Under the pieces are notes generated by a model, which was not told the DNA's origin, made no database searches, and saw nothing but the letters and a program-made list of their open reading frames with translations. A stretch of 64,000 nt of DNA from the NCBI GenBank assembly GCA_964234715.1, contig OZ174283.1; one strand, given 5' to 3'. The translations under genes and the position numbers were made by a program. Within the stretch, counting starts at the first letter, position 1. Every line of letters starts with the position of its first letter. Below, in pieces: positions 1-14,797 of the stretch. Source of the DNA: Podarcis melisellensis. Its lineage: Eukaryota.

Positions 1-22
1 CCTAGTTGCCTTGAGATGTCTA

Positions 23-70
23 ATCATAGAACTGTAGAGTTGGATGGAACCATGTGGGTCATCTAGTCCT
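23..70 (-). mobile_element. CR1 LINE 3' tail fragment
   Basis: atcatagaactgtagagttggatggaacc...gggtcatctagtcc is the reverse complement of the typical CR1 3' end. Confidence 0.55.
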
Positions 71-3000
71 GGATGGCTTCAGACTTGCATGGGGTTGGAC
101 CATGCCAGTTTTGTCCTCACATGATTAACATCACATGAGAGAAGAGCAGGGGTGCACATTCAGACCCTGGCCTCTTTGCCTCATAGCCATCACCCAGTCT
201 CATCACTTTTCATCTGTTGGAGGTCTGCAGCAGGAAGTCTGTTGTACTAATGTAGGCTCCGCATATGACTTAGAGCCCTGCACCATCAGGTTTCTAAATC
301 ACAAAGGGAGCCTAGGTGCGCTGAGCAAGTTCCATGCTGCTAAATTCACCCTCTGACACCAGAAGGGCAATGGAGCTGGGCAAGAGACAAGCACAATCCC
401 ACTCTCACTTTCACACATTCGGCTCTGGGCACCTGAATAAGGGTTCAATTGATGAGAAAGTGCCGTAATTCACATGCACCTTCCATGGCATTGTCTAAAG
501 AGGAAATGCATGTGTTTCCTTTGAGTTGACAGATGTCTGAGCTGGACCCACATCTGGTGCCTGTGCCTTTCGACACCCGGAAGATGAATGCATTCCAGCT
601 TCAGAGAGTCATCGTACAAGTGCACACAAAAAGCTGAGGTTCAAAGTCATGTGTTCAACTTTCAAACCGAGACCAAATTGGACATTAAGGAAAAAATGTG
701 AGGTCCCAACACTGTCTTTCCTTTATAATGCTGGTAGAGGGAGGGTGAATTTTCAGTTGAGAAATAATAGGTGGGAGAGGATTCTTAACACTTCCCCAGA
801 TGCCAGACTTTCTCTGCAAACGTCTCTCCTTGGTGAATTTAAATGTAGTTTTGCTCAGCTGGGCTCAAAAACTAGAAGCGGGCAAAATGGTGTTTATGGG
901 GCATTTGGAGGGCCAGATAATTAATGTGGCCAGATTACTACTGATTATTTTGGTCATGGTGTCACTGGGTGATAACAGGAATTTTCTACTTTTCAGGCTA
1001 TTTCACTATTTGTACCATAAAATACTGTTCTGAAATTGAATGGAATAAGGGTCCAAAGAAAATATTGTTCCTGTGATATGTCTTTATGGACTGCCCTAGA
1101 ACATTCTGCTGCTTGAAGGAAATGCAAATTATCCGCTCCGCCGCCACCACCCAAGTTATTTTGGTATGTGGCCAGAAAGTTGTACAAATGTGAGTAAAAA
1201 TACTACGACTACTACAATAATAAACTAAAAACTAACCTTTTGCTGACCTTTCATGACACCTTAAATCCACTTCCTGAAGTGGCTGCCTCACTCTGCTAAC
1301 CATGAGAGGAACAGAAAATATCATGAAGGTATTCTGTTAATGCTTAGCTATCTATAAATATTCTAAATGAATGAATAAAGTGCAGCCCTTATGGATAACT
1401 CCAATGGACATTGTATTCCCCCTCTATTGTAGTTTCACTGTGCATACACTTGAGAGCAAATTCAGATTTGCTGCTGTACAGCACTACTCCTATGATTTAG
1501 CAGAGTGGGGTGTCCACCTCAGGCAGCTGATTTGGGTCATCATGAAATAGCTGCAAAACCTTAGCTATTTAATTTATTATTCTTGCATTTTTACTTCCAG
1601 AGAAAGTTCCTTTCTGGATTTTCTGCCTTAAAGGCTTCAATAACTTGTCTAGCCTTGGGTGATATATACTTTGGCTTAGGACAGGAAATATTTGCTCCCC
1701 TGCCTCAGGTGACAGAATGTCTTGGACTCACCCTGTTGTGGTAGAATGTGTGAAACGACAACCTAATAAGATGTTGGTCCTTTGCAAATTTGCATTGCTA
1801 GGCTTTCTTCTGACTTTTTGTTGCTTGGCCTTCAGAAGGAAGATTACAGAGTCTCTGGACTTTCATGGAGAGTGGCTTGGTTTTCCTCAGAACTCTTGTC
1901 AACAAAAAAATACTCTATAGCTATGAAATTTCACAACATTCCTCAACATTGATCATGCTGTTTTGGATTTCATCAGTTCCACTACAATGGAAATCAAGGG
2001 CATTGAGAGATACCCTCTTTATATATTAGAAACAAAAAACCCAGGTAACAATATATTTATCTCGCTTATTTTGAGTGTATTCAATGGGGACGGGTGCATT
2101 TTCTCTTTTTCATCTGATTTCAGCTACAATTGTGTGTGTGGATGTACTTGTAGCAACTTCTCTGTCAGTTCCTTTCCCATTCAAGCTTCACCAAGTTAGA
2201 TACATATGTGATCTCAACAACAGGTTATTTATCATGATGTTTGGTGATGGATGTTGTCGTGATTGCTTCCTATTCTTTCCTGACTGTAAAACTGAATTAG
2301 AAGCTACACCGTGGAAAGGGACACAATGCACATTGAAATGGCAGCTGGTGGGCTGTTGCTGGAGCCAATTCTGAGCCTTTTGCTGCTCACAACTTGTGTT
2401 TCTTGTCATCCTCTCCCCCACCCAGCACACATGCCAAAGAAAAAGCAAAAAAAGTACCAGGCATTAGCACCAGCTGGTCCTCTTTCCCTTTAAACAGATA
2501 TTCATTCTCTCTGCCATGCGTCTGAGTTGCTGAAATCTTCATCAATGCCGAAAGATTTCCATTTTCCCTTTCCATTACATTCAAATAGTTAGAAAACACT
2601 AGACACACACACAGACTCACGGTTTTATGTTCAATACCTTAGTCTGCTTTGCTATATTTATATAATATACTTTAGCTTTATCACTCATACTTACATGCAC
2701 ACAAACACTTCAGTGAGCAAAACCCAAGTTTAAAACTTCTGCATCTTTTCTCCAAAGTGACTAGTCTGCTGGGGAAGAATAAATCAATACCTGTTTACAA
2801 CTCAAAAGAGGTTTAAAAATAAGAAATCCTTTTCCTATTATGTATGTTTCTTGACACCACAGATGCTGCTAATTGTTATGCACATTTCAGACAGAGAAAG
2901 GAAATCACAAGGGGAGCAGATCAAGACTGTGAAACATATAAAAAACATGGTGCACATTAAAAGCAGCAGTCAAAATCCTTCCCTCCTTTGTATAGCCCCT

Positions 3001-3869
3001 TTTTGTTTGTTTTGAGTTTTTGTTTGTGTGTGTGCACACACACGTGCGCGTTACAGTGCTGAATAACTTCAAGGCTGATAACTCAAAAACTATTTCCAAG
3101 AAGGAAGTGAATACAGCAGTTCACTGTTATATACATTCCAGTTTTTAAAACATATGGGGTGCTTAACCCCCCATCCCCCAAAAAACACCCTTAAGTATTG
3201 GAACTTGGTATTTTGGCCTTAATTATCATCACTTAAATATACAACTGATAAATGCATTCTGCTACATGTGTGTATTTGTCTGTCTACATGATTGTCCTGA
3301 GGGATATTACAGATGATGACCAGTTTATTAATTTCCAACCCTTCTGCAAGAATCTAAAACCCCAAACTAAAACAGCCCTCCACTGAGATGCTATTTTGCA
3401 TTTTGTCAAGGAGACAGCAACGGAGCATGGTCTCTACACCTTTCCCCGTTTTCCCATTGAAATGACCTTTTCATTTGAGCATCGCAAATTGAAATGTATA
3501 TCTGAGCCCTGTGAGATTTTTGGACAGCTGTTTTATGCTACATTTGAGTAGCAAAGAATCCCTCTGTTCCACACATTCATTACTTATAATTGAAAGCACA
3601 TTTCCTTGAACTCCTTCGATGTCCAGAGCTTCTTAAATGGAATGCTACTTGCTCACTTTTTAAATACAGTGTTAACTTTCCCTGCACACTTAATGATCTG
3701 CATTATTTATGTACCTTCAGGGGAAGGTGCATAAACTGATGCAAGGGGAGTGGTCCCCAGTTGCTGCAACTGCTCCATAGAGCACAAACCTGGGAATAGC
3801 TGCCTAGATGCTACATTAGTGTGCGTAGGTCTCCAGAGCTATAGAATCTACCGTTATCTTTCACAATAA

Positions 3870-4740
3870 AGAGTTAACTTTCTGCCATGTGCATTCCTTG
3901 ACTGAGAAGCACCCTTGACGTCAGGACAGAACCCTGTGCCACTCGTCACTTTTTTCAGGATGATGAGGAACCATCAGAGAGCACTCTTTGGGTTTGGTCA
4001 GTCAACCAGCTACAAATCCACCTAACAGTTAGCTCATCTGCCCACATTTTACCAGCTTCTCTGCAAGAATATTAAGTGGGACTGACAAAAGCCTTACAGA
4101 AACCAAGATAAACTATATTCACAGCATTCCCCTGATCCACCAAGTTTGTAACTCTATCAAAAAGAGAAGTGTGATTTGTCTGGCATGACTTGTTTTTGAG
4201 AAACCCATGCTGGGATGTAGTAATCACATCATCCTTTTCTAAGTGCTTAAATACCAACTATTTAATTATCTGTTCTAGGACCTTTCCTGTATTGATGTCA
4301 AGCTGACTAGCCAGTAGTTACCTGGGTCTTTTTCAACCAAGGGATCTCACCTAGTAATTCCTTGAGCTTTTGAAAATCAAACTTCCTTGCCTTGTGTATA
4401 ATGGAATCCCAAGAGGACAGGATCACTTCCTTCCAAGGTTGCCAATACTTCCATTTTGTCAATCAGCTCCTTCTTGTTGGTGATGATCAGGTCCAAGATA
4501 CTGTATACGATCTCCTTGTTGCTTCTTCCACCTTCTGGGGAATGAAATTGTCAATGAGTTTGAGTTTAAACAGATATTGGGGTAGATGAAGTCTCCCATA
4601 ACTTCTATACCTCTTATTTTTGAATGTTTGGTAATTTCTCTAGGAAGGAATCATCCAAGTCTTCAGTCATGCTTGGCAGTCTATAGCAGACACCCACAGT
4701 AAGGTCACTGTTGTTTCCCTCTCCTATGTTTTTACCAGCA
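3870..4740 (-). mobile_element. Degenerate CR1 LINE ORF2 fragment (endonuclease and RT pieces, internally deleted)
   Basis: Minus ORF 4072-4257 reads SQHGFLKNKSCQTN...LVDQGNAVNIVYLGFCKAF (CR1 RT motif). About 3930-4030 gives WLTDQTQRV..VTSG. About 4520-4720 gives LTVGVCYRLP and GDF-like endonuclease motifs. Confidence 0.85.
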
Positions 4741-7700
4741 CCATGTCTTGCACAGGACTGCTTTTTATGCATGGGTGTGCAGCCATCTTCTTTGAATATG
4801 TAAATGACTATCTAGAGTCTAGTTGGGAGTCAGCTTCATGTCTTCAGTCATTATATTTACACAATTTTGCAGACAGTATGAGGGACCTGCAGAAGACATC
4901 TCATATCTTGCAAACATAATGCAAAAACAAAGCCTCAATAGCTATTGATCTGAAGAACAGAATTCTGATCAGCTAGGATCTGCAGCCCGTGGAAAGGCTG
5001 AATGACTAGGGCTATGCTCAATTTTATTGAACTCTTCTAATTTCTTCCCTTCTTTCCTTTTAACTTTCTGTTTGCTTTCCTAATTATTGCCAGGTACAAA
5101 GCTGATGGTTTCAATTTTGGGTTCTTCATCACTGCCAGATCTTTCTTCTCTTTCCAATTGGCATCTGGAATCTGATTTATTAGTTAACTTGGGGGAAAAC
5201 ACATAATTTTGCATTATTAATCCATCCAACCTGGGCTTGTTTGTTTTTAAAGGAAGTTTTAGGCAAAAGGCAACAAGACCTTTTTCTCTTGCATGTGATA
5301 TACTTTGTCCTTAAAAAAGCAGGATTCACATGTCATCAACCACAACAACAAAATGGTCTGATTTTCCAATGGAAAGTATTCTTTGTGCTGGTCTCTTGGT
5401 AGGGATCACAAAGATTTGAAGAAAGGTGAAACATGTAATCAGATGGAAGACTTGGAAAAGATAGCAAAAGAACAAACATGTCATTTTGCAAGCTTCATGC
5501 TGTAAGCTGTCTGTACATGTTTAAAATTTAAAGCAAGGGAACAAAACATTCAGAACACAGAAATAGTAGCAAGCATACTATTCTGTAAAGACAAGACAGC
5601 TGGGGACAGCAGTTCCAAAGCTATAATCTTCCCCAAGTATATCTAAAACAGTGTACTCGTTTTTTGGCTTTGACATTAACAAAGTGTAACAGTGATTCAC
5701 TAAAAGTCTAGGCTTTGTTCTGAACTTCATTCAGCAGATTTTGCTTCATAGTGACAACACAAGAAAGCAGTGTGCACAGAATATCAATCAGATAGTGACT
5801 TGGCACTTCTCATAATAGCTCAAAGATAAAAAATACTAAATTATAAACATATCCACTTTTGAAGAGCACAACCGATGCAGATTTTCAGTATGGCTCCTCG
5901 AATTCGACCATGTTCATGAAAAAATAACCATCTACCAGTTCTTAGATTTCATCAAATTCAGTGAAGGATATGGTCCTGCACTTAGTTCTGAGCTGCCTTC
6001 TAAGTCTTAAACCCAAGTTCTTTGAATTCATGCTCAGAATATTTCAGCAGGTAACCACCTTGAGCAAGGTTTGTTCTGCTCTCAGATGTTAAAACTTTCA
6101 TGCTGCTACTGGATTCTGGTTAGCCTTCAGCCAGAATCTCATAGTCATGCCTATGACATTCTCATTGAAATAGTTCATAGTCAGGCCCAGGCAACTACCT
6201 CGTCTTGAAGTATAGAATTTGATTACTTCTAGAATACATACAGCTCATCAGTCAATGTATTTTTCCTTCATTCACAAACATGCCCATGGAGAAAGTCCTT
6301 CCAGAAAGAATCAACACCTCATTTTACCTCTTTTCTCTTTCTTGCTGTATTATGTTCTTTGAACTCATCTGACCTTCTCCTTTGCTTTCTGTTTTGGGTT
6401 GCTAGCGTGTTTGATGGTTCTGAGATGGAAGCAGATTTTAAACTGTGCTACTCAGGGTTTCTCCCTCAGAGCCTCAGGACTCTTCTTCAAGCCCCATCCT
6501 TCTGCAAGATACACCCTTCACTGGCCCTGCTCCATGCCCTCCTTGAAAGCTTCTGCCTGGCTGGGATGGCTTGAAAATTATAATCCCTGGAGGGACAGGG
6601 GCAGGGAAATGTGTTGAAACTGTTGGATTTTGTAGCCTTTGCCTCTGGCCCCATCGACCAATGGCAAGTGGTCCCTAATGGAATGGGGGGGGGGTCCTCT
6701 GCCCTAAAAAACAACAGAAATAAAAGGGAATGGAGAGTGCTTATCATAGAAAGAATATTGACCTTTTTCTTGTTACTCCTTTTCCCCAGTCTCTGAATGT
6801 GAATTACTGTTGGTTTTGTAAAAAGAGGAGGGGATGAGGCTATTCCCACTGACTTCTCCAATAGAATACAGTAATCCCTGATCTTACACGAGGGTTTGAT
6901 GTCAAGGGTAACATATGCAGTTGTCTCCCCTACCACTTATGCATGATTGGCTCACAAACGGCCGTGTATACCTGTGGTGCCAGGAAATAAATCAATGATT
7001 CAATTCAAACCTGGAAATGGTGGGGGAAAGCTGGAAAGTCCTCATGACTCACAAGGAGACCCTCCCCAGGGCCTAAAGAGGACATCAGTGAGGCTGAGGA
7101 AGCCACAAAGAGACTGGAGGTGCATCAGGGCTTTGTTTAGGCTGCTCAGCCTCCCCACCTAACAGCTGATGCACATGGTAGTGCCACCGCAATAACCACG
7201 CATACTCCAGGCTCCAGAGCTGTGGAAAATTTTGGATGCAGGGTTTTTGGTCTGGATTGGAGAGAGAGCAGCAGAGAGGGCAATTAATGGGTGTTTAGGG
7301 GGTGCTCCCCACTTACAAGATTTCCACTTACGTGCACAGAGACCCAGAACATAACCCCTGTGTAAATCAGGGGACACTTATACATGCAAAAATCATCTAT
7401 GGTCAAACCCTTGGAAGCAGTTAGTGGGTGAAGGTGAGAAAAGCAGTATACCTGGCAATCCCCTGGAAAAGCAAACAAGGTGAAGAGCTTTAAGGCTCTT
7501 TTTGCATTGGAGCTACTTGGGTTAGCTGGCATGAAAGAGCTTTTGAGCAATCAGCCTTGTTTGGGCACAGGGCAAGCTCAACATGCCAGCTCTGGAAGGC
7601 TAAGGATACTCACGCAATATTTCATGGGAAGGTACATTGAAGTCATGGAAGGAGACATGGAAGTTTTATCTGTGGGTGGGTGGTTTTTCACCTGTGATGG

Positions 7701-9231
7701 GCCATTCACAAGCGATGGCCATGCTTGTGTGAACAGTCAACCAGGCAGGCCTTTGCATTCCATATTTTCAGGACAACCACAGTGGGGTCAGCACCTTAAC
7801 TCTGAGTCTAGCTACTAAGTTTTTGCTTCCCCACACTGTCCCTGCATATATTTCATTGCCCGGACTCATTAAAATGTGAATGTCATTTCAAATCTAGAAT
7901 ACTAGTCACTTGCAATCTGTTTTGCCACACACAAATAAAAAGCCTTGCCCTTGAAATCCTGTGAGACTGAAAGCTTTTATTTTTTCCTGATAACAAGAGT
8001 AATTGGTGCCACCCATGGAACTCTCTGGGGAGACTTGTAGGGATAAGGGAAAAGATAAAACATTCTACTTAATAATAAAAAACATACTTGGAATGTAATG
8101 AAAAACACGATTATCACGGATACTGTACAGATAATTTACAACATAAGCAAAAATGTGTACATCATCTCTCTTTGTTGTTGTTTGGAACAAAATTTAAATA
8201 AACTGCATTTTCAAAGGAGTAATTGGTTACAGAGTGACAAGGAAGCACTTTTTCCCTTTTCTTCTCTTCATTTAATTGTGGGGAACTGCTGGGAAAGCGT
8301 AGGTGTCAATGTCTGCCTAACAACACTAGGGCATGATTCTAAAAACCTGCTTTTGCAGTGTCTGAGACTGCAAGGGTTAAAGTCCTTAATTTTGCCAGTT
8401 TTATTGACAGCCCCTTTGAATGTGAAAAGGCAGCATTATTTGGTGGAAAGGAGGAGATGGGATCAGAAACAGTACGAGGTTCCACTTTCAAATGAACTGT
8501 GCTGGGATGAAGCTCCAGACTGCTAACGTCCTCTCTGTGGTTAAGCATCATTAAAAAGAAGTCATGTCTGTGTGAAAGGCAGCAGCAGCAGTGGGAGGGA
8601 AGCTGGCTGAATACTCAGCAGCAGATTCCATTCCCATAGATATGGAAATAGAAAGAAAACATGACACAGGATGTTGTGGGCTACTCAGATGATTTGAGGC
8701 TGCTCAATTCACAGGACTGTGGGCTCTGGTCTTCTAATAATATGCACTTAGAATGTATTTATCAGGAAGTCCATTTTGCCAAAAACATGAGCTGCCAATC
8801 TGCTTCTGCTTGCCACTGTCATAATATTATGATATTATGACAGTTTGGAATGTATTCTGTATGTAGTAAAACAGATGCACACTAAGAAGCTTCTTACATT
8901 TGTGGGGGGCACACACACTATCAGTTTGTTGTTCTTCAGGAACAAAAACAATGGGTCTGGCCATTTCTACACCATTAGCAGGCAAGTTGCTGTCCCAGGA
9001 TCCCAGAAAGTATGGCTATTGACCAGGGATAGTAAGAGTTGTAGGTCAGCAGCATCTGAAGGACCAAATGTTCCCCACACTTGATGTAATGTACACTTCA
9101 TTCCATGTCCCTGCCCTATGCTTTCTTTTCCTTACTTTCCTATCTTGATCTGAAGGGGGTTACTTTGCTTGCAGTCAATACTATAGCTTGAGCACAACCC
9201 AGCAGCAAAGCATAATGTGCTGCTCTTCTTC

Positions 9232-9657
9232 TTGTTGTTGCTGTTTAGTCATTTAGTTGTGTCCGACTCTTCGTGACCCCATGGACCAGAGCACGCCAGG
9301 CACTTCTGTCTTCCACTGCCTCCCAGTTTGGTCAAACTCATGCTGGTAGCTTCGAGAACACTATCCAACCATCTTGTCCTCTGTTGTCCCCTTCTCCTTG
9401 TGCCCTCCATCTTTCCCAACATCAGGGTCTTTTCCAGGGAGTCTTCTCTTCTCATGAGGTGGCCAAAGTATTGGAGCCTCAGCTTCATGATCTGTCCTTC
9501 CAGTGAGCACTCAAGGCTGATTTCCTTAAGAATGGATAGGTTTGATCTTCTTGCAGTCTATGGGACTCTCAAGAGTCTCCTCCAGCACCATAATTCAAAA
9601 GCATCAATTCTTCGGTGATCAACCTTCTTTATGGTCCAGCTCTCACTTCCATACATC
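9232..9657 (-). mobile_element. BovB (RTE LINE) 5'-truncated 3' fragment
   Basis: ORF 9249-9488 reads KLRLQYFGHLMRREDSLEKTLMLGKMEGTRRRGQQRTRWLD, the BovB RT C-terminus. A (CAA)n-type tail lies at the left end. Confidence 0.95.
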
Positions 9658-9723
9658 TGTTGCATACCATACACCTGTGTTCTTAAGCATACCTAATTCT
9701 GGATGCATTTGGATGTGGGGAAT

Positions 9724-9798
9724 ATTGTGTTCACTTTCCTAATTATAAAGTTAGCTCCTCTAATTGCGTTCACTTTCCTAATTATAAAGTTAGCTCCT
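9724..9798. repeat. 39-bp tandem duplication
   Basis: attgYgttcactttcctaattataaagttagctcct occurs twice with period 39. Confidence 0.9.
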
Positions 9799-10958
9799 TC
9801 CATTTTCTGATATTCCTTTCACACTGCAGTACCTTTTGTGTTGCAGAACTGCAGCTTCTTGACTCATATTTCATGCTAAATTTCATTCACACCAGTAGGT
9901 ATGGTATGCTACAACAATGAAGGACATCGGACCACATTGATACTCCTCCTCCCTTTTCACACATGCATGTTTCTGCTCCCCCATGGTTGCCCCATAAAAA
10001 CAGCAGGAAGGAACCTTATACCACCCCAAATATTGTCACTTTACTCCCACAATCTTCTGGGTTAAGGGGGCTGCAAATGATTTTTTTTCTGGAACCAAAT
10101 AACAAGGACACCCGTGCTAAACATGCACTATATTCTATTAGCATTCTAGAAGTGGCTTTTACATTGCATGAAAGTTCAAATATAATGCAGAAATTTACAG
10201 TTGGGGAAATGAAACAAACTGCCATGTGAATGCAGCTTATGTGCAGGAATGTGGCATTAAGGGGTTTTGAAAGAATTCAAGAAAGCAAACTGATAGCATC
10301 TCTTCTAAATTCATCATTGGAGATGCTGGGGGTGAGATGCAGGATCACGTTAGAGGCATACAAAGTTGAAATTTTGCAGCCACATTTGAGTTAGGTGAAT
10401 TTTGCTTTATAGTTTTTCCTGCCAAATTCATTCATCTGCACTTTGAATCTATTCTGTTGGAAGTATAAATAATGTAGACCATTTTGTGACATCTTTGGCA
10501 CTTTGTTGCTCCGAAAACACAGCCAACAAGCATCAACTTTCTGCATGGCAGACATAATTGTTTTTGTTGCTCTTTTTCTCATCATCATATGCACAGGGCA
10601 GCTTCACATCTGTACAGGCATATTGCCTTATTTATTCCACCTAAGTAACTGGAATAAATATCACTTGAATACATTGCCCAAAATAAATGATCTAATTGCA
10701 GGCACTAAGTTGTTTTTCCTGTTCCCTTGCAGAAATGCCCTTTTAAAGTCATCATTGGTCAAACTTTAGGTTACTACCCAGCTAGTCTCTTTAGGTATAT
10801 GTCAGTGCTTCAGGGACCTCAATATGATATCCTGGTGCTCTACTGACTGCAATTCCTTGTGCTAAATTAGAGACCACTCCTAAGATTATCCTACGTTTTG
10901 AGAGCAATTTCTCAGCTGTCAGATGGAACTGCTCTTGGAAGAGGGTCCACAGAGTTAG

Positions 10959-11203
10959 AAGGGCCAGCTCAAGACATTTGGGCACCTGAGGCAAACCACA
11001 AAATGGCACTCCCTACCCACCAGAAAGAAGGGGTAAGTGAAGACCTACATCGGGAACAAGAGGGGAATAAAGATCTAAACTGGAAACAAGAGGGGAGTGC
11101 AGTGGCAACAACAGCAGATGAAGCATTCCTTGGAACTGCTGCCTCTGTGGATCCTGCCACCTAAGGTGGCCGCCTCACATTGCTCATTGGTGGGACAGGC
11201 CAT
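10959..11203. mobile_element. Degenerate non-autonomous DNA transposon (GGGCC...GGCC termini)
   Basis: Termini and internal motifs (cacctgaggc, tgcctcac...tggtggg) resemble the element at 24019-24334. No TSD is recognisable. Confidence 0.45.
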
Positions 11204-11619
11204 TTCACATGCATATTTCCACACACAACCTTTGCATCATACCTTTGATTTTGAAAAAAAGAGTTCTCAAGAACACAAACAAGATGCATTTTAAGCTAAT
11301 GAAAAAAGGAAACCAGTGGCAGTTGGGGGTCACTGGACCTGGGGGTGGGCTTGGTCACTCAGAAACTCTCATAGGCAGGACCAAGAAGGTCAAGCTAGGA
11401 TGTATGAGAAAATGACATCAAGCCAAAGTTTCTATCCCTGACAATGGCCAACTTGATGCATTTGGACAGCTTACAAACAGAGCATAATGTTGACCATTGT
11501 TCCCTATGGTTCATCCAAGGCTTTTAAAGGTAAACACAAATATGCTTTTTCTTATTGGAGCCCTTTCTAGCTGTCATGGCTAGTAGCCATAATTATATAT
11601 ATCTTTAATGAATTTATTT

Positions 11620-11850
11620 ATATTTATTACTTCTATATACTCTCTTTCCCCCAAACAGTTCAAAAAAATGTGCATGCTAATCATCCCCTACCTTCATTTT
11701 ACCCTTAAAACAATGCTGTGAGGTATGTCAGGATAAGAAGGTAGTGACTATTCCAATGTCACCCAATGAGCTTGCCCTACATGGCTGAGCTGGGATTTGA
11801 ACCTAGGTTTGCCCAGTCTAAGCCTTTCACTCTGACCAGGGCACTTCATT
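11620..11850 (-). mobile_element. MIR/CORE-like SINE remnant
   Basis: aacaatgctgtgaggtatgtcagg...gtcacccaatgagctt...gctgggatttgaacctagg gives an antisense B-box plus core-like segment. A similar remnant lies at about 25585-25765. Confidence 0.55.
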
Positions 11851-14797
11851 ACACTTTGATAAGCCCCCTGTGCTACTGGCTGACCATTATGACAGCAAAT
11901 ATTTTGTCTTTCATAACCCACTTCTAATCACCCTCACTGAAAAATTCCAAATTCAGGAATTTGCCTCTGAGAAATTACTAAATTGCACTCTTACTGGTAC
12001 TCTGGTTACAATAAACCCTTTCCACATGGCCTTTAGTCACCCATGCATGTGATGTCTATTACAAACTACACTACTAATGCATTGGAGGAAGACAGAGGAA
12101 GTACGCCATGCACACACTTACATAATTTTTTGTGAAAGCAAGCCACAATGACTTTTAAATTAATCCCAACACTAGGCAAACAGTAGAATGGGACATATAT
12201 GTTGGTTGGAATTCTGGCAGCAGAAGCATTCTGCTTACCCAACCGAATTACCTTTCCTCTCTCTCCATACACATACATGCACACTGTTCTGGGAGATCTC
12301 CCAACCCTTCTGAGAAAAATTGGGAGGTGACAGAGGGGAGAAGCATACGGCACTAGCAGGAGTCCTTGAGCCAATGGAACAGGGTAGCTGAGTCTGGCCC
12401 GCTACCAGTGAATGTTGTTAAGGTACATAACACATCTTTACAGCTTCAGTGGGTGACATTCCACTGTGGCAAACCATTTGCACAATAGTAATTTTTTTCT
12501 AGTCTTGTTCATAGTTTAGGGCAACAGCTGAACCCTAATCTTGAGCTTGCAAGCAATGTTGTGCAACCCCTAGCACCACTACTACTACTACTATTCTCAG
12601 TGGCAGTTAAATCTGTGCACTACCACTTGCTCAAATACTTGTGCAACTCTGACTCCTTGCACTAATGTTTCACTGGATCTTGCTTAGTGGGTCCAGACCT
12701 GTAAACTGCCCAGATAGATATTACCTGAATGTATGAAGTTGATTGATATTTACTTATCTGGCCCACTGGTCTATCTAGTCTAGGATTGTCTATTCTGGTT
12801 GGTAGTTGCTATCTGCAATTGCTCTACAAGATTTTTCTCAGCTCCACTACCTTTTAACTAGAGAAGTTGGTAACTAAACCTCCATGTACAACATGAACTC
12901 TGCCTCTGAGACCAGAACTAGACAATCACATGAAAAGTGTGATTACATTTCATATATCTGTTGTTATTCAAAATGAAAATAACAACCAGATCATGACTCT
13001 CTCGCCCCACCACACAAGCACACACATACACCATAGTCCTCCCCTGCCAAGCTGCTATTTGCCTTGGGAAGCTTCCCGAAGGTGTTTCTGGGAGCTTTCC
13101 TCCCATGAGGGAACAGTGGCTTCCTTGAGATTACAGCATGGAAGAAAGGTTTAAATCCTGCCTCTCAATACAAGTGGTGGCTGCCCCCACAGATTCAGGT
13201 GCCCCCCTTCCTATGGCTGCTATTTTTGTTCAAAAACAGCAGATGCAAAATAAAATATGCACTTCACGTATCATTTAGCTTGGCCCTGCGCTATGACTGA
13301 CAACCATATGCAAAGCTGTTGAAGGAACAGTGGGGAGGATCTATGGTAAAATGCATTCAAATTTTCAAAATAACTGACTGACTATTTGAAAAGAGGGAGC
13401 CTAAAATCATACAAGCCAAAAAAAGAAATCATTCTTCCCCCAACCTGTAATCATCTGCTTACAATGTCTCGGGATTCACACTGCATCAGCTATTAACCAT
13501 ACCATGATCAGATTTGGGCCACATCTGTGTTCAAGTATTATTATTATATTATATCATTCAAGATGAAATGGATGCATGTCAAGAGGAAATACTGGGCCTC
13601 ATGAACCAAATTCTAGTTGGGTGTACAGAATTGTGTTTTTAAACTATCATGTTAACAAAAGTTTGCTGTACTTGATGGGTTGGATCCAGCCTCTGTTTGC
13701 AGAAGGGGCTGAGATCCAGTGGAGACAACTGTTGGTGGAAGAAAATGTTATCCACCAGTTCCCCATTTCACACTAGCAGAACTCCCAAGCCTCTGGGTCA
13801 TTTTTTCAAGGGTCAATTGGGCCAGGGTGGGGTTAAGGAGTTGACAATAATTCCTTTCCTCTCCTTTCTCTGGTAGTAGGGTCTACACATGGAAACTCTA
13901 TTTCCAACTCATTGCGCTTAATTGCCACCAAGCACAGCAACATATTTGGATAGATTTTGCAACAGAAGAAAGCATTATAGAAGAAATGACAATTTTTTTA
14001 AAATTAAAAAATAGCAATTTCAATCACGACTTTGTACCCAATATCCCTATGCAGATGAGACAGCAAAATCAAACCAGTATCCCAGCTCTTCAGGTAGAGA
14101 TGAGGTACCACGCTGTTTCATTTTGACAGAAAACAGCACTTTTCTATTTTTAGTGGCAAGTGTCTTTAAATGAATCATTAACATTGGAAAGCTGATGTGA
14201 ACCGAGCTGAAAAGCATACTAAAATGTGCCTCAGGCATGTTTTTAAATTAAACAGATTATTTTCTCATCCTCATTTTCTCTAGTGTCTGGCAGTTATGGA
14301 TGAAGTGATAAAGGAATTGTCGCTAAATTCTTTAAAAAGAAGGAGGAAAAAAACCTGGCCACTAAAGCAATAATGTGAAACTCTGCTCTGTAGCTATGCA
14401 TTGCCATCTCAAATCCCCCCCCCCCAATTCCATGCTTTGTCTAGGGCGCTATTTCACAGCAAAGGGTATGATGAAGAGATAATAGACCCTCTGAGGAGTG
14501 GGGGAACCCTAAGAATGCCCTTTCTACAGTACTAGTCCTTTTTAATTTCATGGCTGTTGTATTATTGCATCGAGTTCTCACCACCAGCCATTGATTGCAC
14601 TCACAGGAGTGCACCATTAATACTGGTCACTCCTGTATGCAAACAATAAGCACACACATTCTGCCTACAACTGAGCAGCTCCTGTGAGTCATTTGAGTGT
14701 TGTTCTTTTCTTATTACATGAAGTTTGCATTCATAGCAATGTGGCAAATCTATTTCAGGTCAAAGTTTGGGTTTCACCACAGCAAACACCTCAGCCA

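Noticed and set aside
6600-7420. Possible old ERV LTR or leader region (GC-richer, AATAAA near 6986)
   Set aside because: No termini, TSD, PBS or gag motif could be supported.
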